Source of the DNA: Planctomycetota bacterium
Lineage (GTDB): Bacteria; Planctomycetota; B15-G4
Direction: 5' to 3'
NCBI GenBank assembly: GCA_038212275.1
Contig: JBBQUR010000013.1
Span: 64,001 to 128,000 of the forward strand
DNA length: 64,000 bases
The notes beneath the pieces were generated by a model. It had not been told where the DNA came from. It saw only the letters and a list, made by a program, of their open reading frames with translations, and searched no databases. The translations under genes were made by a program, and so were the position numbers. This document shows, one piece after another, positions 1 through 8,933 of the stretch; position 1 is the first letter of the stretch, and the number at the start of each line of letters is the position of its first letter.

Positions 1-1403
1 ATCTCGTCCTGCCACGGGTCCTGCTCGAGCTGCTTCATGCCCAGCGCGACGCGACGCTTCTCGGTGTCGACCGAGAGCACGACCGCGCGCACGAGGTCGC
101 CCTTCTTGAGCACCTCCGACGGATGCGTGACCTTCTTGGTCCAGCTCATGTCGGAGACGTGCAGCAGGCCGTCGATGCCCTCCTCGATCTCGACGAAGGC
201 GCCGTAGCTCGTGAGGTTGCGCACCACGCCCTCGATGATCGTGCCGACCGGGTAGCGGTCCTCGACCTCGGTCCAGGGGTTGGTCTCGGTCTGCTTCATG
301 CCGAGCGAGATCTCCTGCTTCTCCTGGTTGATGTCGAGCACGACGACATCCACGCCGTCGCCGATCTGCACCAGGTCGGACGGATGGCTGATGCGCCGCG
401 TCCAGCTCATCTCGGAGATGTGCACGAGGCCCTCGATGCCGTCTTCCAGCTTCACGAAGGCGCCGTACGGCATGATGTTGACCACTTCGCCCTTGACCTT
501 GCTGCCGATCGGATACTTCTTCTCGACCTCGGCCCACGGCGACTGCTCGAGCTGCTTGAGACCGAGCGCGATGCGGTTGCGCTCCTTGTCGTAGCGCAGC
601 ACCTTGACCTCGAGCTCCTGCTCCAGGTGCACCACTTCGCTGGGGTGATTCACGCGGCCCCAGCTCATGTCGGTGATGTGCAGCAGGCCGTCCACGCCGC
701 CGATGTCGAGGAAGGCGCCGAAGTCGGCGATGTTCTTGACCGTGCCCTTGCGGATCTGGCCTTCCTGCAGCGTGGCGAGCAGCTCGTCGCGCAGCGCGTT
801 GCGGCGCTCCTCGAGCAGCTTGCGGCGGCTGACCACGATGTTCATGCGCTCGCGGTCGATCTTGATGATCTTGCACTCGAGATCGCGCTCGATGTAGATG
901 CCCACGTCGGGCACGCGGCGGATGTCGATCTGGCTGGCAGGCAGGAACACGGACACGCCGCCGACGTCGAGCAGCAGGCCGCCCTTGATCTTGCGCGTGG
1001 CGCGGCCCTTGATGATGTCGCCCTCGCCGTGGCTCTGGACGATCTTCTCCCAGCCGCGCATGCGCTCGGCGCGACGCTTGGAGAGGAGCAGCAGGCCCGT
1101 GGCCTCGTCGATGCCCTCCATGAGGACTTCGATGATCGTGCCCGGGACGGGCGCGGCGCCCTCGTCGAATTCGAAGAGCGGGACGACGCCCTCGCTCTTG
1201 TAGCCGATGTCGACCATCACGTCGTCGTTGACGACGCGCAGGATCGTGCCTGCGATGAGTGCGTTGGGCGCGAAGTCGCGCACCGAACCGTCGTACAGCT
1301 CCGCGACCTGCGCGGTGCCGAGACTGCCCATGGCCTGCGCCACGGCGAGGTCGAGATCGCTCTCGGGAAGCGAGAAGCGCTTGAGGAGTTCCTTGTTGCT
1401 CAT
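1..1403 (-). CDS. rpsA: 30S ribosomal protein S1 (3' end runs off the window)
   Basis: Minus-strand reading from ATG at 1403: MSNKELLKRF...DIGYKSEG...KIKGGLLLDV...VFLPASQID...FGAFLDIGGVDGLLHITDMSWGRV. Repeated S1 domains; lies downstream of cmk as is usual. Absent from the ORF track because it is truncated. Confidence 0.97.
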   Translation of the reverse strand, partial: MSNKELLKRFSLPESDLDLAVAQAMGSLGTAQVAELYDGSVRDFAPNALIAGTILRVVNDDVMVDIGYKSEGVVPLFEFDEGAAPVPGTIIEVLMEGIDEATGLLLLSKRRAERMRGWEKIVQSHGEGDIIKGRATRKIKGGLLLDVGGVSVFLPASQIDIRRVPDVGIYIERDLECKIIKIDRERMNIVVSRRKLLEERRNALRDELLATLQEGQIRKGTVKNIADFGAFLDIGGVDGLLHITDMSWGRVNHPSEVVHLEQELEVKVLRYDKERNRIALGLKQLEQSPWAEVEKKYPIGSKVKGEVVNIMPYGAFVKLEDGIEGLVHISEMSWTRRISHPSDLVQIGDGVDVVVLDINQEKQEISLGMKQTETNPWTEVEDRYPVGTIIEGVVRNLTSYGAFVEIEEGIDGLLHVSDMSWTKKVTHPSEVLKKGDLVRAVVLSVDTEKRRVALGMKQLEQDPWQDE

Positions 1404-1581
1404 GCCTGTGAAACGTTCCGTGACCGGCCCCGGCGTGCAACGTCGGCGCGGGAGTGTCCCGCACGTGGCTGACCGGGGTTCAAGTGAGGAGAGCGGGGCT
1501 CCGGCCCGCGGTCGGGCAAGGGCACGCCGGGCGTGCGTCGTCCATGCGGCGCAAGTCCAGAGGCCCGTGCAAAGGGGTCCG

Positions 1582-1610
1582 ATCATAGCGGTCGGCCCCT
1601 GCCCGGCGAA
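1582..1610 (-). promoter_or_regulatory. Putative sigma70-type promoter for rpsA
   Basis: Minus strand reads TTCGCC-N17-TATGAT in the 267-bp cmk-rpsA gap. Confidence 0.4.
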
Positions 1611-1670
1611 AGCCCCGCCGGGCGCGTGAGGGCAGCCTTCCGTGCCGGGCCGCGTCGCGGCAGGCGACGC

Positions 1671-3122
1671 TCAGCCGCGCACGATCCCGATCAGGCGCTC
1701 CAGCACCTGCTCGAAGGAAAGGTCCGTGGTGTCCAGCAGCAGCGCGCCGTCGGCACGCCGCAACGGAGCGTGTTCACGGGAACTGTCGGCCCGATCGCGC
1801 GCCGCGAGGGCCGCGGCCACGGCCTTGCTGTCGGCGCCTTCGTCTCCGGACTGCGCCACGCGCCGCGCCGCCCGCACGGCAGGGTCGGCATCCAGATAGA
1901 CACGGACCTCCGCCTCGGGAAAGACCACGCTGGCCATGTCGCGCCCCTCGGCGACGACCCCCAGCGCCCCGACCGCGAAGCGGCGTTGCAGCGGCAGCAG
2001 CGCCGCGCGGACCGCCTTGTCCGCCGACATCGGGCTCACGTGCAGGGACACCTCCGTGGAACGCAGCACGCTCTCCGGCACCCTTGAGCCGTCGACAAGC
2101 ACGCCTCCGTCGGGATCGAGGCGGAGGTCGAGGCCGGCGACCAGCGCCGCCACACCCGGATCGTGCGGCCGGAGTCCGGCGGCGAGCGCGCGTGCAGTGA
2201 CGGCCCGATACAGCGCGCCGGAGTCCAGGTGCCGGAAGCCCAGCCGCTGCGCCAGCGCGCGGCTCACCGAAGACTTGCCGCTGCCGGCCGGCCCGTCGAT
2301 CGCGACGACGAGTCCTCGCGCCGGATGCGCGGGATGCGCGAAGCGCGCATCGTGCCGCACGAGCGACAATTGACCGTCGGCAAAGCGCGCGTGGCAGCCG
2401 CTGCGCTCGAAATCCGACATGACGAGGAGTCGCGCGGTGCGCCCCTCCATCGGAAAGGTCGTGTCGCGCGCCGTGTGCACGTGACCACAGAGGATGACGT
2501 CCAGCCCCGTGGCCAGTTCCTCTTGCACGGCGCGATCCACGATGCCCATCTGCACGGAGGTCTTCGCAGCGGTCGCGTGCCGCGAGGCATCGAGCAGCGC
2601 GGCGGCCAGGCCGCGCTGAGCGGTCGCCGGCAGCGCCATGAAAGCGGCGCGTACGGGCGGCGCCCGCAGCACGGCGTGCAATCTGTGGTAGCCCACGTCG
2701 TTGACGCAGTAGCGGTCTCCGTGCACCAGCCGCACGCGCAGCCCTCCCAGCGCGACGTCGATTCCGTCGGTGCAGACCTCGACACCCAGGGCGCGTTCCA
2801 GGTCGGCGCCCATGAGGAAGTCGTGATTGCCGTGCACGAGGGTGACGCGCACGCCGGCGCCCACGGCATCACCGAGGGCCGTGAGGAACGGCGCCAGCCC
2901 CGGATCGTCCACGGAACGCGGGCCCATCCAGGCGCGGAAGATGTCGCCGAGCAGGAAGAGCGCGTCGGCGCCGTCCTCGCGCGCGGCAGCCACCAGCCGG
3001 CAGGCGCGCTCCACGCCCGCCGGGTCGGCGCCCTCCAGGTGCATGTCGGACGCGAACCACGCGCGGCGCACGGGGCGTGCGCGAAGGGTCGAACTGCGGG
3101 CGGCGTTGAGCGGTGCGTGCAT
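1671..3122 (-). CDS. cmk: Fusion of LpxH-like metallophosphoesterase and cytidylate kinase
   Basis: The N-half has calcineurin-like motifs SDMHL, LGDIF, GNHDF, HGD and GHVH. The C-half has IDGPAGSGKS, LDSGALYR and EGRDM. One continuous ORF; start placed at ATG 3122. Confidence 0.9.
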   Translation of the reverse strand: MHAPLNAARSSTLRARPVRRAWFASDMHLEGADPAGVERACRLVAAAREDGADALFLLGDIFRAWMGPRSVDDPGLAPFLTALGDAVGAGVRVTLVHGNHDFLMGADLERALGVEVCTDGIDVALGGLRVRLVHGDRYCVNDVGYHRLHAVLRAPPVRAAFMALPATAQRGLAAALLDASRHATAAKTSVQMGIVDRAVQEELATGLDVILCGHVHTARDTTFPMEGRTARLLVMSDFERSGCHARFADGQLSLVRHDARFAHPAHPARGLVVAIDGPAGSGKSSVSRALAQRLGFRHLDSGALYRAVTARALAAGLRPHDPGVAALVAGLDLRLDPDGGVLVDGSRVPESVLRSTEVSLHVSPMSADKAVRAALLPLQRRFAVGALGVVAEGRDMASVVFPEAEVRVYLDADPAVRAARRVAQSGDEGADSKAVAAALAARDRADSSREHAPLRRADGALLLDTTDLSFEQVLERLIGIVRG

Positions 3123-3192
3123 CGAGCGTGTCCGGTGACGGGCCTGCACATCTTGATTGGGGCGCGCCGCAGGCATCAAGTAAACTCCCGCC

Positions 3193-3795
3193 GTGACCGA
3201 CTCCCACGCTGGCCATCCCGACCTGACCGCGCTCGTCGCGCAGGCCTTTGCCGGACACCGACAGGTGTTCGAGGCCTCCATGGCCGGACTGCCCGCCGCC
3301 GTCGAGGCCGCAGCGCGCCTGCTCATCGCGTCTTACCGCGCCGGCGGCAAGGCCGTGCTCTTCGGCAATGGCGGCAGCATGACCGACGCCCTGCACGTCG
3401 AGGGCGAACTGGTCGGGCGTTTCGCTTTCGACCGGCCGGGCCTGCCGGCCGTGGCGCTGGCAGGCAGTTCGGCCCTGACCGCCATCGCCAACGACTACAG
3501 CTACCAGGACGTCTTCCTGCGCATGCTCGCCGCGCACGCACGTCCCGGCGACGTCGCCATCGGCTTCTCGACCAGCGGAAACTCGGAGAACGTGGTGCGC
3601 GCCCTGAGCCGCGCACGCGAACTCGGATGCCGGACGATCGCCTTCACCGGCGAGGCCGGCGGTCGCTGTGCGCCACTCGCCGACGTGTGCATCGCGGTGC
3701 CGAGCCGCCACACGCCGCGCGTCCAGGAGATGCACATCCTCGCCGCGCACACCTTGTGCGAGCTGGTCGAGGTCGCCATGTTCCCGCGCCCGTGA
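3193..3795 (+). CDS. gmhA: D-sedoheptulose 7-phosphate isomerase
   Basis: SIS domain with GNGGS, TAIANDYSY, STSGNSENV and RVQEMH. Confidence 0.93.
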   Translation: MTDSHAGHPDLTALVAQAFAGHRQVFEASMAGLPAAVEAAARLLIASYRAGGKAVLFGNGGSMTDALHVEGELVGRFAFDRPGLPAVALAGSSALTAIANDYSYQDVFLRMLAAHARPGDVAIGFSTSGNSENVVRALSRARELGCRTIAFTGEAGGRCAPLADVCIAVPSRHTPRVQEMHILAAHTLCELVEVAMFPRP

Positions 3796-4391
3796 GCGAC
3801 GCGGCCCCCGACGATGCGCCGGCCGCATGCGCGGTGACCCCGCGCCGCGCCGTGTTCCTCGATCGCGACGGCACCCTCATCGAAGAGCGGAACTATCCGG
3901 TCCGGACTTCCGACATCGTGCCCCTCGACGGCGTGGGCGCGGCCCTCGCGCGCCTGTCGCAGGCCGCATACCTGAACATCGTGCTCACCAATCAATCCGC
4001 GGTCGCGCGGGGCCTCCTGACCGAGGAGGACCTTGGCCTGCTGCACGAAGACCTCGCGATCAAGCTCTCCCGCGGCGGCGGCAGCGTCGACGCGATCTAC
4101 TACTGCCCCCACCACCCCGACGGCCAGGCCGTCGGCTACAGCTATCCGTGCGCATGCCGCAAGCCGGCGCGCGGCCTGCTCGACCTCGCGGTGGCCGAGC
4201 ACCGCATCGATCTCTCGCGCAGCGCCTTCATCGGCGACAGAGCGCGCGACCTGTTCCCGGGCATCGGCCCGACCGGCCCGCGCATCCTCGTCGCAAGCGG
4301 TCATGCGCTGGGCGACGTCGGCGCTGCCGACCACGTCGCGGTGAACCTGCAGGCTGCGGTCGAGTGGCTGCTGGCGCACGACCGCGGCTGA
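3792..4391 (+). CDS. gmhB: D-glycero-D-manno-heptose 1,7-bisphosphate phosphatase (HAD)
   Basis: FLDRDGT, TNQS, YCPHHP...CACRKP and FIGD motifs; GTGA overlap with the gmhA stop. Confidence 0.92.
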   Translation: MSDAAPDDAPAACAVTPRRAVFLDRDGTLIEERNYPVRTSDIVPLDGVGAALARLSQAAYLNIVLTNQSAVARGLLTEEDLGLLHEDLAIKLSRGGGSVDAIYYCPHHPDGQAVGYSYPCACRKPARGLLDLAVAEHRIDLSRSAFIGDRARDLFPGIGPTGPRILVASGHALGDVGAADHVAVNLQAAVEWLLAHDRG

Positions 4392-4429
4392 CTCGTCCGC
4401 CGGCCCACGCCCGCGACGCCGGCCCGGCC

Positions 4430-5464
4430 TCAGGGCACGTGGCGCATGACGTGCGGCCCGACGACCTGCGCGAGCCACGGCGGAATCGACGACAGCACGC
4501 GCTGTGGCAAGGCCATGCGCGGATTGTTCGGCGAGATCTCCGGTGGCTTGCCACCGCGCGGAAAGAAGAACTGGTAGTCCAGCGGCGTGGCCTCGAAGCC
4601 CATGTGGCGCTTGAAGCCGGCGGGACCGCTGCCGACGCGGCTGCGCCCGAAGTCGAACATCCGGCAGCCACGACGCACCGCATCCTCCATGAGGAGCGCG
4701 TACATCGCATTGTTCGCGCCGAGCCGGTCCGCGCCGTCCTCGGCCCCCGAATAGTACGGATAGAGCGCGTCGGCACTCTGCAGGGAGAGCACCGCGGCGA
4801 GCACCTTGTCGCCGGCGCACAGGCCGTGCAGCGTGGCGCGCGCTCCGTACAGGTCGAGCAGGCGCCGGAAGTAGCTCTGCCGGAACACCGGCGAGCCGAG
4901 ACTGCGCTTGTTGCTCACGTAGAGTCTGTAGAAGTCGCGGAACAGTTCCCGGCCCTCGCGCAGCACGAAGCCGTGCCGCTCGCAGCCCTTGCGCACCTCG
5001 GCGCGCGCCTTGCGCGGAATCATGCCGAGCACGTCCGCGGGATCGGCCGGCAGCTCCCTGCGATAGGTCTCATAGCGGTTGAGCGCGTGGTGCTCCGTGG
5101 GCGCCTTGCCGAGGTAGCGCGTCTCCAGGAAGCGGGCGTTGAGGCGGCGCGTGAGTTCGCACGCGTTGCTGTCCAGCGCCGCGAGGCTGGCCGCGTCCGA
5201 CGCGAGCATGCCGCCATAGACGCCGAAGGGCACGGACACGAGGCGGCGGCCCGTGATGGGCGCGGTGACGAGCGCGAGCGGCAGCACGCCGACCAGTTCC
5301 TTGCCTCGCCACGCCACGAGCGTCTGCGTCTCGAAGCGGAACGTCGAACGCACCAGCTCCAGCCAGCGCGTCTCGTGGAAGGGTGAGCCGGACGGGTGCT
5401 GCATCACGAAGCGGTCGGCGCTGCGTGCATGCTTCAAGTCGAGCAGTTCGACGCGCAGGCTCAT
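4430..5464 (-). CDS. FemAB-like GNAT protein, XrtA/PEP-CTERM EPS-associated type
   Basis: LVSVPFGVYGG, IPRKARAEVRKG, LGSPVF, PYYSG, FDFGRS and C-terminal SPNNP...GP; ATGA overlap with the upstream gene. Confidence 0.88.
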   Translation of the reverse strand: MSLRVELLDLKHARSADRFVMQHPSGSPFHETRWLELVRSTFRFETQTLVAWRGKELVGVLPLALVTAPITGRRLVSVPFGVYGGMLASDAASLAALDSNACELTRRLNARFLETRYLGKAPTEHHALNRYETYRRELPADPADVLGMIPRKARAEVRKGCERHGFVLREGRELFRDFYRLYVSNKRSLGSPVFRQSYFRRLLDLYGARATLHGLCAGDKVLAAVLSLQSADALYPYYSGAEDGADRLGANNAMYALLMEDAVRRGCRMFDFGRSRVGSGPAGFKRHMGFEATPLDYQFFFPRGGKPPEISPNNPRMALPQRVLSSIPPWLAQVVGPHVMRHVP

Positions 5465-6849
5465 CGCGGCTTCTCCAGCACTCGCTCGCGGCGTTGCAGG
5501 ATCAGAAGCTGGTTGTCGTGGCGCACCAGCGGCGGCGGATCGCTCCCGATCCGGGCGCGCTCGATGAAGTGCTGATCCAGCCACGCCTTGAAATCCTCGC
5601 CGTACGCAACGGGCAGCCGGCTGCGCTTGACCACGACCCAGCAGTCGTGCCGGTGACGCGCCAGCGTCCAGAGTTTCTGGGCGGGAGCCGGGGCCTCGAT
5701 GAGGCTCCTATCGGCCAGCGCGCCCTCCTCTCTGAGGTAAAGATCGAGCAGGAGGTGCTCGTCGGCGACGATGTTGTCCTCCGGCCCGGCGTGCTCGTCG
5801 ATCCACGCGGCGGCGGCCCGGAAGTCGCTGCGATCTCCCTGGCTGCGGTAGTCGATCAACCAGGGCAGGCCCGGCAGCAGCGCCGCCAGCAATGCACCGC
5901 CCCACAGCGCCGGCCGCGGTTGCGCCAGCGGCACGAGCCCGCGACCCGCGAGCAGAAGCATCGCGGGCACCGAGGCCATGGCGTAACGCTGTTGCATCGA
6001 CACCCCCGCGAACGCGCCGAGCAGCAGCACGAACGGCGGAAGGCAGGCCGAGAGCAGCAGTTGGAGGTCGCCCTCGGTTCGCGTCCGCCACGCGGCCAGC
6101 GCTCCGATCGCCGCAAGCAATCCGACACCGGGTCCGACGTTGTAGCCGAGGCCGGCCACCAGATGCAGCGCGTCGTAGTGCGCGGTGGCGCGCCGCGTGA
6201 GCGCCGCCTGCACGACGTCCACCACCGCAGTGCCGGCGAGCAGCAGCACGAGGCCGAGGCCGACGATCGCGCCGACGACGAGCGCCCAGCGCACCCGCGC
6301 CGGACGCGACACCAGGGCCGGCCACAGCAGGCACGGCACGAGCAGCCACGCACTGGGATGACAGAGCATCGCGGCCAGCGCCGCGCATGCGGCCGACACC
6401 GGCCGGCGACCGGGACCCGGGAGCGCCCACAACGTGGCCAGTGTCGCGCACAGAAGCAGCGGTCCGTAGAAGCGCGCCTCCTGAGCGTGGAAGAGCAACC
6501 ATGGCGAGGCGGCTGCCGCCGAGCCGGCGACGAAGGCCACCGCGCGCGGAACGGCGTCGCGGCGGATGAAGAGCAGGGCAGCCACGGCGGCGGCGCCTGT
6601 CAGCGCGGCGAACAGTCGCAGCGCACCCTCTCCCTCGCCGAAGAGCGCGACGGCGCCGGCCATCCCCAGGTAGCCGAGCGGATGACTCTTCACGCCTTCC
6701 GGCCAGCTGCGGCCGGCAAGAATCTCGCGCACGTCGAAGAGCGAGTAGAGCTCGTCGCCATCGATCGGCCAGCGTGCCAGGCCGTCCCAGCGCAGCGCGC
6801 AGGCCAGAGCCAGCACCGCCAGCGCGGCCCAGGGCAGCGCGCGTTTCAC
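5461..6849 (-). CDS. Polytopic membrane glycosyltransferase, GT-C (GT39/PMT-like)
   Basis: First loop has a DE dyad (IDGDELYS), followed by HPLGY, LRL and QEARFY; about 10 hydrophobic segments. Confidence 0.75.
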   Translation of the reverse strand: MKRALPWAALAVLALACALRWDGLARWPIDGDELYSLFDVREILAGRSWPEGVKSHPLGYLGMAGAVALFGEGEGALRLFAALTGAAAVAALLFIRRDAVPRAVAFVAGSAAAASPWLLFHAQEARFYGPLLLCATLATLWALPGPGRRPVSAACAALAAMLCHPSAWLLVPCLLWPALVSRPARVRWALVVGAIVGLGLVLLLAGTAVVDVVQAALTRRATAHYDALHLVAGLGYNVGPGVGLLAAIGALAAWRTRTEGDLQLLLSACLPPFVLLLGAFAGVSMQQRYAMASVPAMLLLAGRGLVPLAQPRPALWGGALLAALLPGLPWLIDYRSQGDRSDFRAAAAWIDEHAGPEDNIVADEHLLLDLYLREEGALADRSLIEAPAPAQKLWTLARHRHDCWVVVKRSRLPVAYGEDFKAWLDQHFIERARIGSDPPPLVRHDNQLLILQRRERVLEKPR

Positions 6850-7907
6850 GTCGCGCCGCGCATGCCGTCGGGTGCGTCGGTTGTCGCCGTCACGGCCGCC
6901 ACGTGCACTTCGCCCGGTGCGTCGGGGTCGGGCGGAGCCGGCTCGTGAGGCAGCCCCGGCGGCAGTTCGCGCTCGAGCGTGTAGTCCTTCACGTTGCGCG
7001 CGTTGGTGAAGATGATGATCTCGGCCACGAGACCATTGCTGAAGATGATGATGCCCGTCACGATCAGCGCCACGCCGTAGACCAGCGACGCGCGGTTGCG
7101 CAGGTCACCCAGCTGACTCCAGCCGTAATGGTCGTCCAGATAGAGGTAGCCGCAGATGCAGAGGCCTGCGAGCGCGCACAGGCCGCCGGCCATGCCGAAG
7201 AAACGCAGCGGCTTGCGCGTGAAGCGCGTGAGGAAGAGCAGCGCGACGACATCGAGAAGGCGCCGCACGTAAACGCCCAGCCCGAAGAATCCCTGCCGGC
7301 CGCGTTCGCGCAGGTGCCGCACGCGCACCTCGCCGACGCGGAAGCCCTGGCGATGCGCAAGCACGGGCAGGAAGCGCGAGGCATTGCCCTCGACGAGCAC
7401 CTCATCGATGATGCAGCGACGCATCCCGGTGAGCCCGCAGTTGAGGTCGTGAAGCTGCACGCCCGTGAAGGCGCTCATGCCGCGGTTGTAGAGCCAGCTC
7501 TGGAACCGGTTGGCGACCGGATCCACGCGCGGCACGCGCCAGCCTGCGACGAGATCGAAGCGCTGGTCCAGCGCATCCAGCACGAGGTGGATGTCGCCCG
7601 GGTCCAGCTGCAGATAGCCGGGCAGCGACACGACGAAGCGCCCGCGGGACTCGCGGTAGCCGCAGGCGAGGGCGCGTTCCTCGCCGAAGGGCTGATTGAA
7701 GTGCAGCATGCGCACCGGGGCGCCGGGCGGGATGCGCTGCTTGAGGCGCGCGGTGCGCTGATCCCCGAGGCCGTCCAGCACGAGCACGAATTCGTGCTCG
7801 AAGCCGCGGTCGGCGAACTCCGCACCGTACTGGCGGATGATGTCTTCCAGCTCCGGGCAGTCGTCGCTGAGCGCGAGCACGGCCGATACGTCCACGGGCC
7901 TGCTCAT
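6846..7907 (-). CDS. GT2 polyprenol-phosphate glycosyltransferase paralog with degenerate DXD motif
   Basis: ArnC/GtrB architecture (DLVAGWR, LHDLNCG, RFLPVLA, two C-terminal TMs), but SLPGYLQLDP replaces the usual MDxDxQxDP. Confidence 0.8.
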   Translation of the reverse strand: MSRPVDVSAVLALSDDCPELEDIIRQYGAEFADRGFEHEFVLVLDGLGDQRTARLKQRIPPGAPVRMLHFNQPFGEERALACGYRESRGRFVVSLPGYLQLDPGDIHLVLDALDQRFDLVAGWRVPRVDPVANRFQSWLYNRGMSAFTGVQLHDLNCGLTGMRRCIIDEVLVEGNASRFLPVLAHRQGFRVGEVRVRHLRERGRQGFFGLGVYVRRLLDVVALLFLTRFTRKPLRFFGMAGGLCALAGLCICGYLYLDDHYGWSQLGDLRNRASLVYGVALIVTGIIIFSNGLVAEIIIFTNARNVKDYTLERELPPGLPHEPAPPDPDAPGEVHVAAVTATTDAPDGMRGAT

Positions 7908-8851
7908 GACCACACCTCGAGCCGCGCCATCGGCGCATGGGCCCCTTCGCGGGTGGGGTTGCTCCGCAGGGCCAGCTCGCACACCAGGCCGGTCATGAGG
8001 AAGTAGAAGGACAGGCAGAAGGCCAGCACCGCCACGGAGGGCATGACCACCGTCGTGTAGTTCACGAGGCGCACAGCGGTGGTGTCCACGAAGGCGAGGA
8101 ACGTGACGCCCAGCGCCATGCCGAAGGTGGTGATCGCCAGCAGCCCGAAGTAATGCAGCGGCTGGCCCGCGAATCGGACGAGCATGCGCAGCACGACCAT
8201 GTCGGTGAGCAGCTTGTAGGTGCGCCCCAGGCCGTACTTGCTCTTTCCCTGGCGGCGCGGGTGGTGGTTGACCTCGCGTTCCGCCACCCGGGCGCCCACG
8301 GCTGCCGCCAGGCCGGGGATGAAACGGTGCATGTCGGAGTAGAGGTTCACGCGGCGGATGAACGAAGCCCTGTAGGCCTTCATGGTGCAGCCGAAGTCGT
8401 GCAGGCGCACTCCGGTGATCTCCGAGAGCAGCCGGTTGGCCGCCTGGCTTGGCAGGCGGCGTGCCAGAAAACTGTCGGCGCGCTGCCGACGCCAGCCGGA
8501 GACGACGTCGTAACCACGCGCCAGGTCCGCCAGCAGGCCGGGAATGTCCGTCGGGTCGTTCTGCCCGTCCCCATCCATGGTGATGAAGACGTCGCCGCGG
8601 GCGGCATGGAACCCGGCGGCCATGGCGGCCGTCTGGCCGAAATTCCGGCGCAGCCGGAGGACCCGCAGGCGGCCGCTCCCGAGCCTGTGCTGGTCGAGAA
8701 CCTCCTGCGTGCCGTCGCTGCTGCCGTCGTCCACGACCACGACTTCCGAATCAAGCGGCACCCTGTCCAGCGTGGCCTCAAGCTCGGCGAGCAGTGATCC
8801 GATGGATCCACGTTCGTTGAACACCGGGATGATCACCGACAGGCTGACCAA
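7904..8851 (-). CDS. GT2 polyprenol-phosphate glycosyltransferase (ArnC/GtrB-like)
   Basis: SVIIPVFNE, VDDGSSDGT, RNFGQTAA, MDGDGQNDP, HDFGC and HRFIP; TTG start preceded by GGAGG. Confidence 0.92.
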   Translation of the reverse strand: MVSLSVIIPVFNERGSIGSLLAELEATLDRVPLDSEVVVVDDGSSDGTQEVLDQHRLGSGRLRVLRLRRNFGQTAAMAAGFHAARGDVFITMDGDGQNDPTDIPGLLADLARGYDVVSGWRRQRADSFLARRLPSQAANRLLSEITGVRLHDFGCTMKAYRASFIRRVNLYSDMHRFIPGLAAAVGARVAEREVNHHPRRQGKSKYGLGRTYKLLTDMVVLRMLVRFAGQPLHYFGLLAITTFGMALGVTFLAFVDTTAVRLVNYTTVVMPSVAVLAFCLSFYFLMTGLVCELALRSNPTREGAHAPMARLEVWS

Positions 8852-8933
8852 CCGATTGCCTCCTGCGTGCGGATGTCGCGGGCTCGAACATCGAGCACAC
8901 GGGCAGCAGCATCGTAACTTCCCGAGCGTTAAC

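Noticed and set aside
123..1472. 449-aa plus-strand ORF and many other long overlapping ORFs (e.g. 11311-13638, 23718-25808, 41498-43765, 46822-48978)
   Set aside because: They are antisense or frame shadows of well-supported genes, expected at high GC where stop codons are scarce, and show no recognisable motifs.
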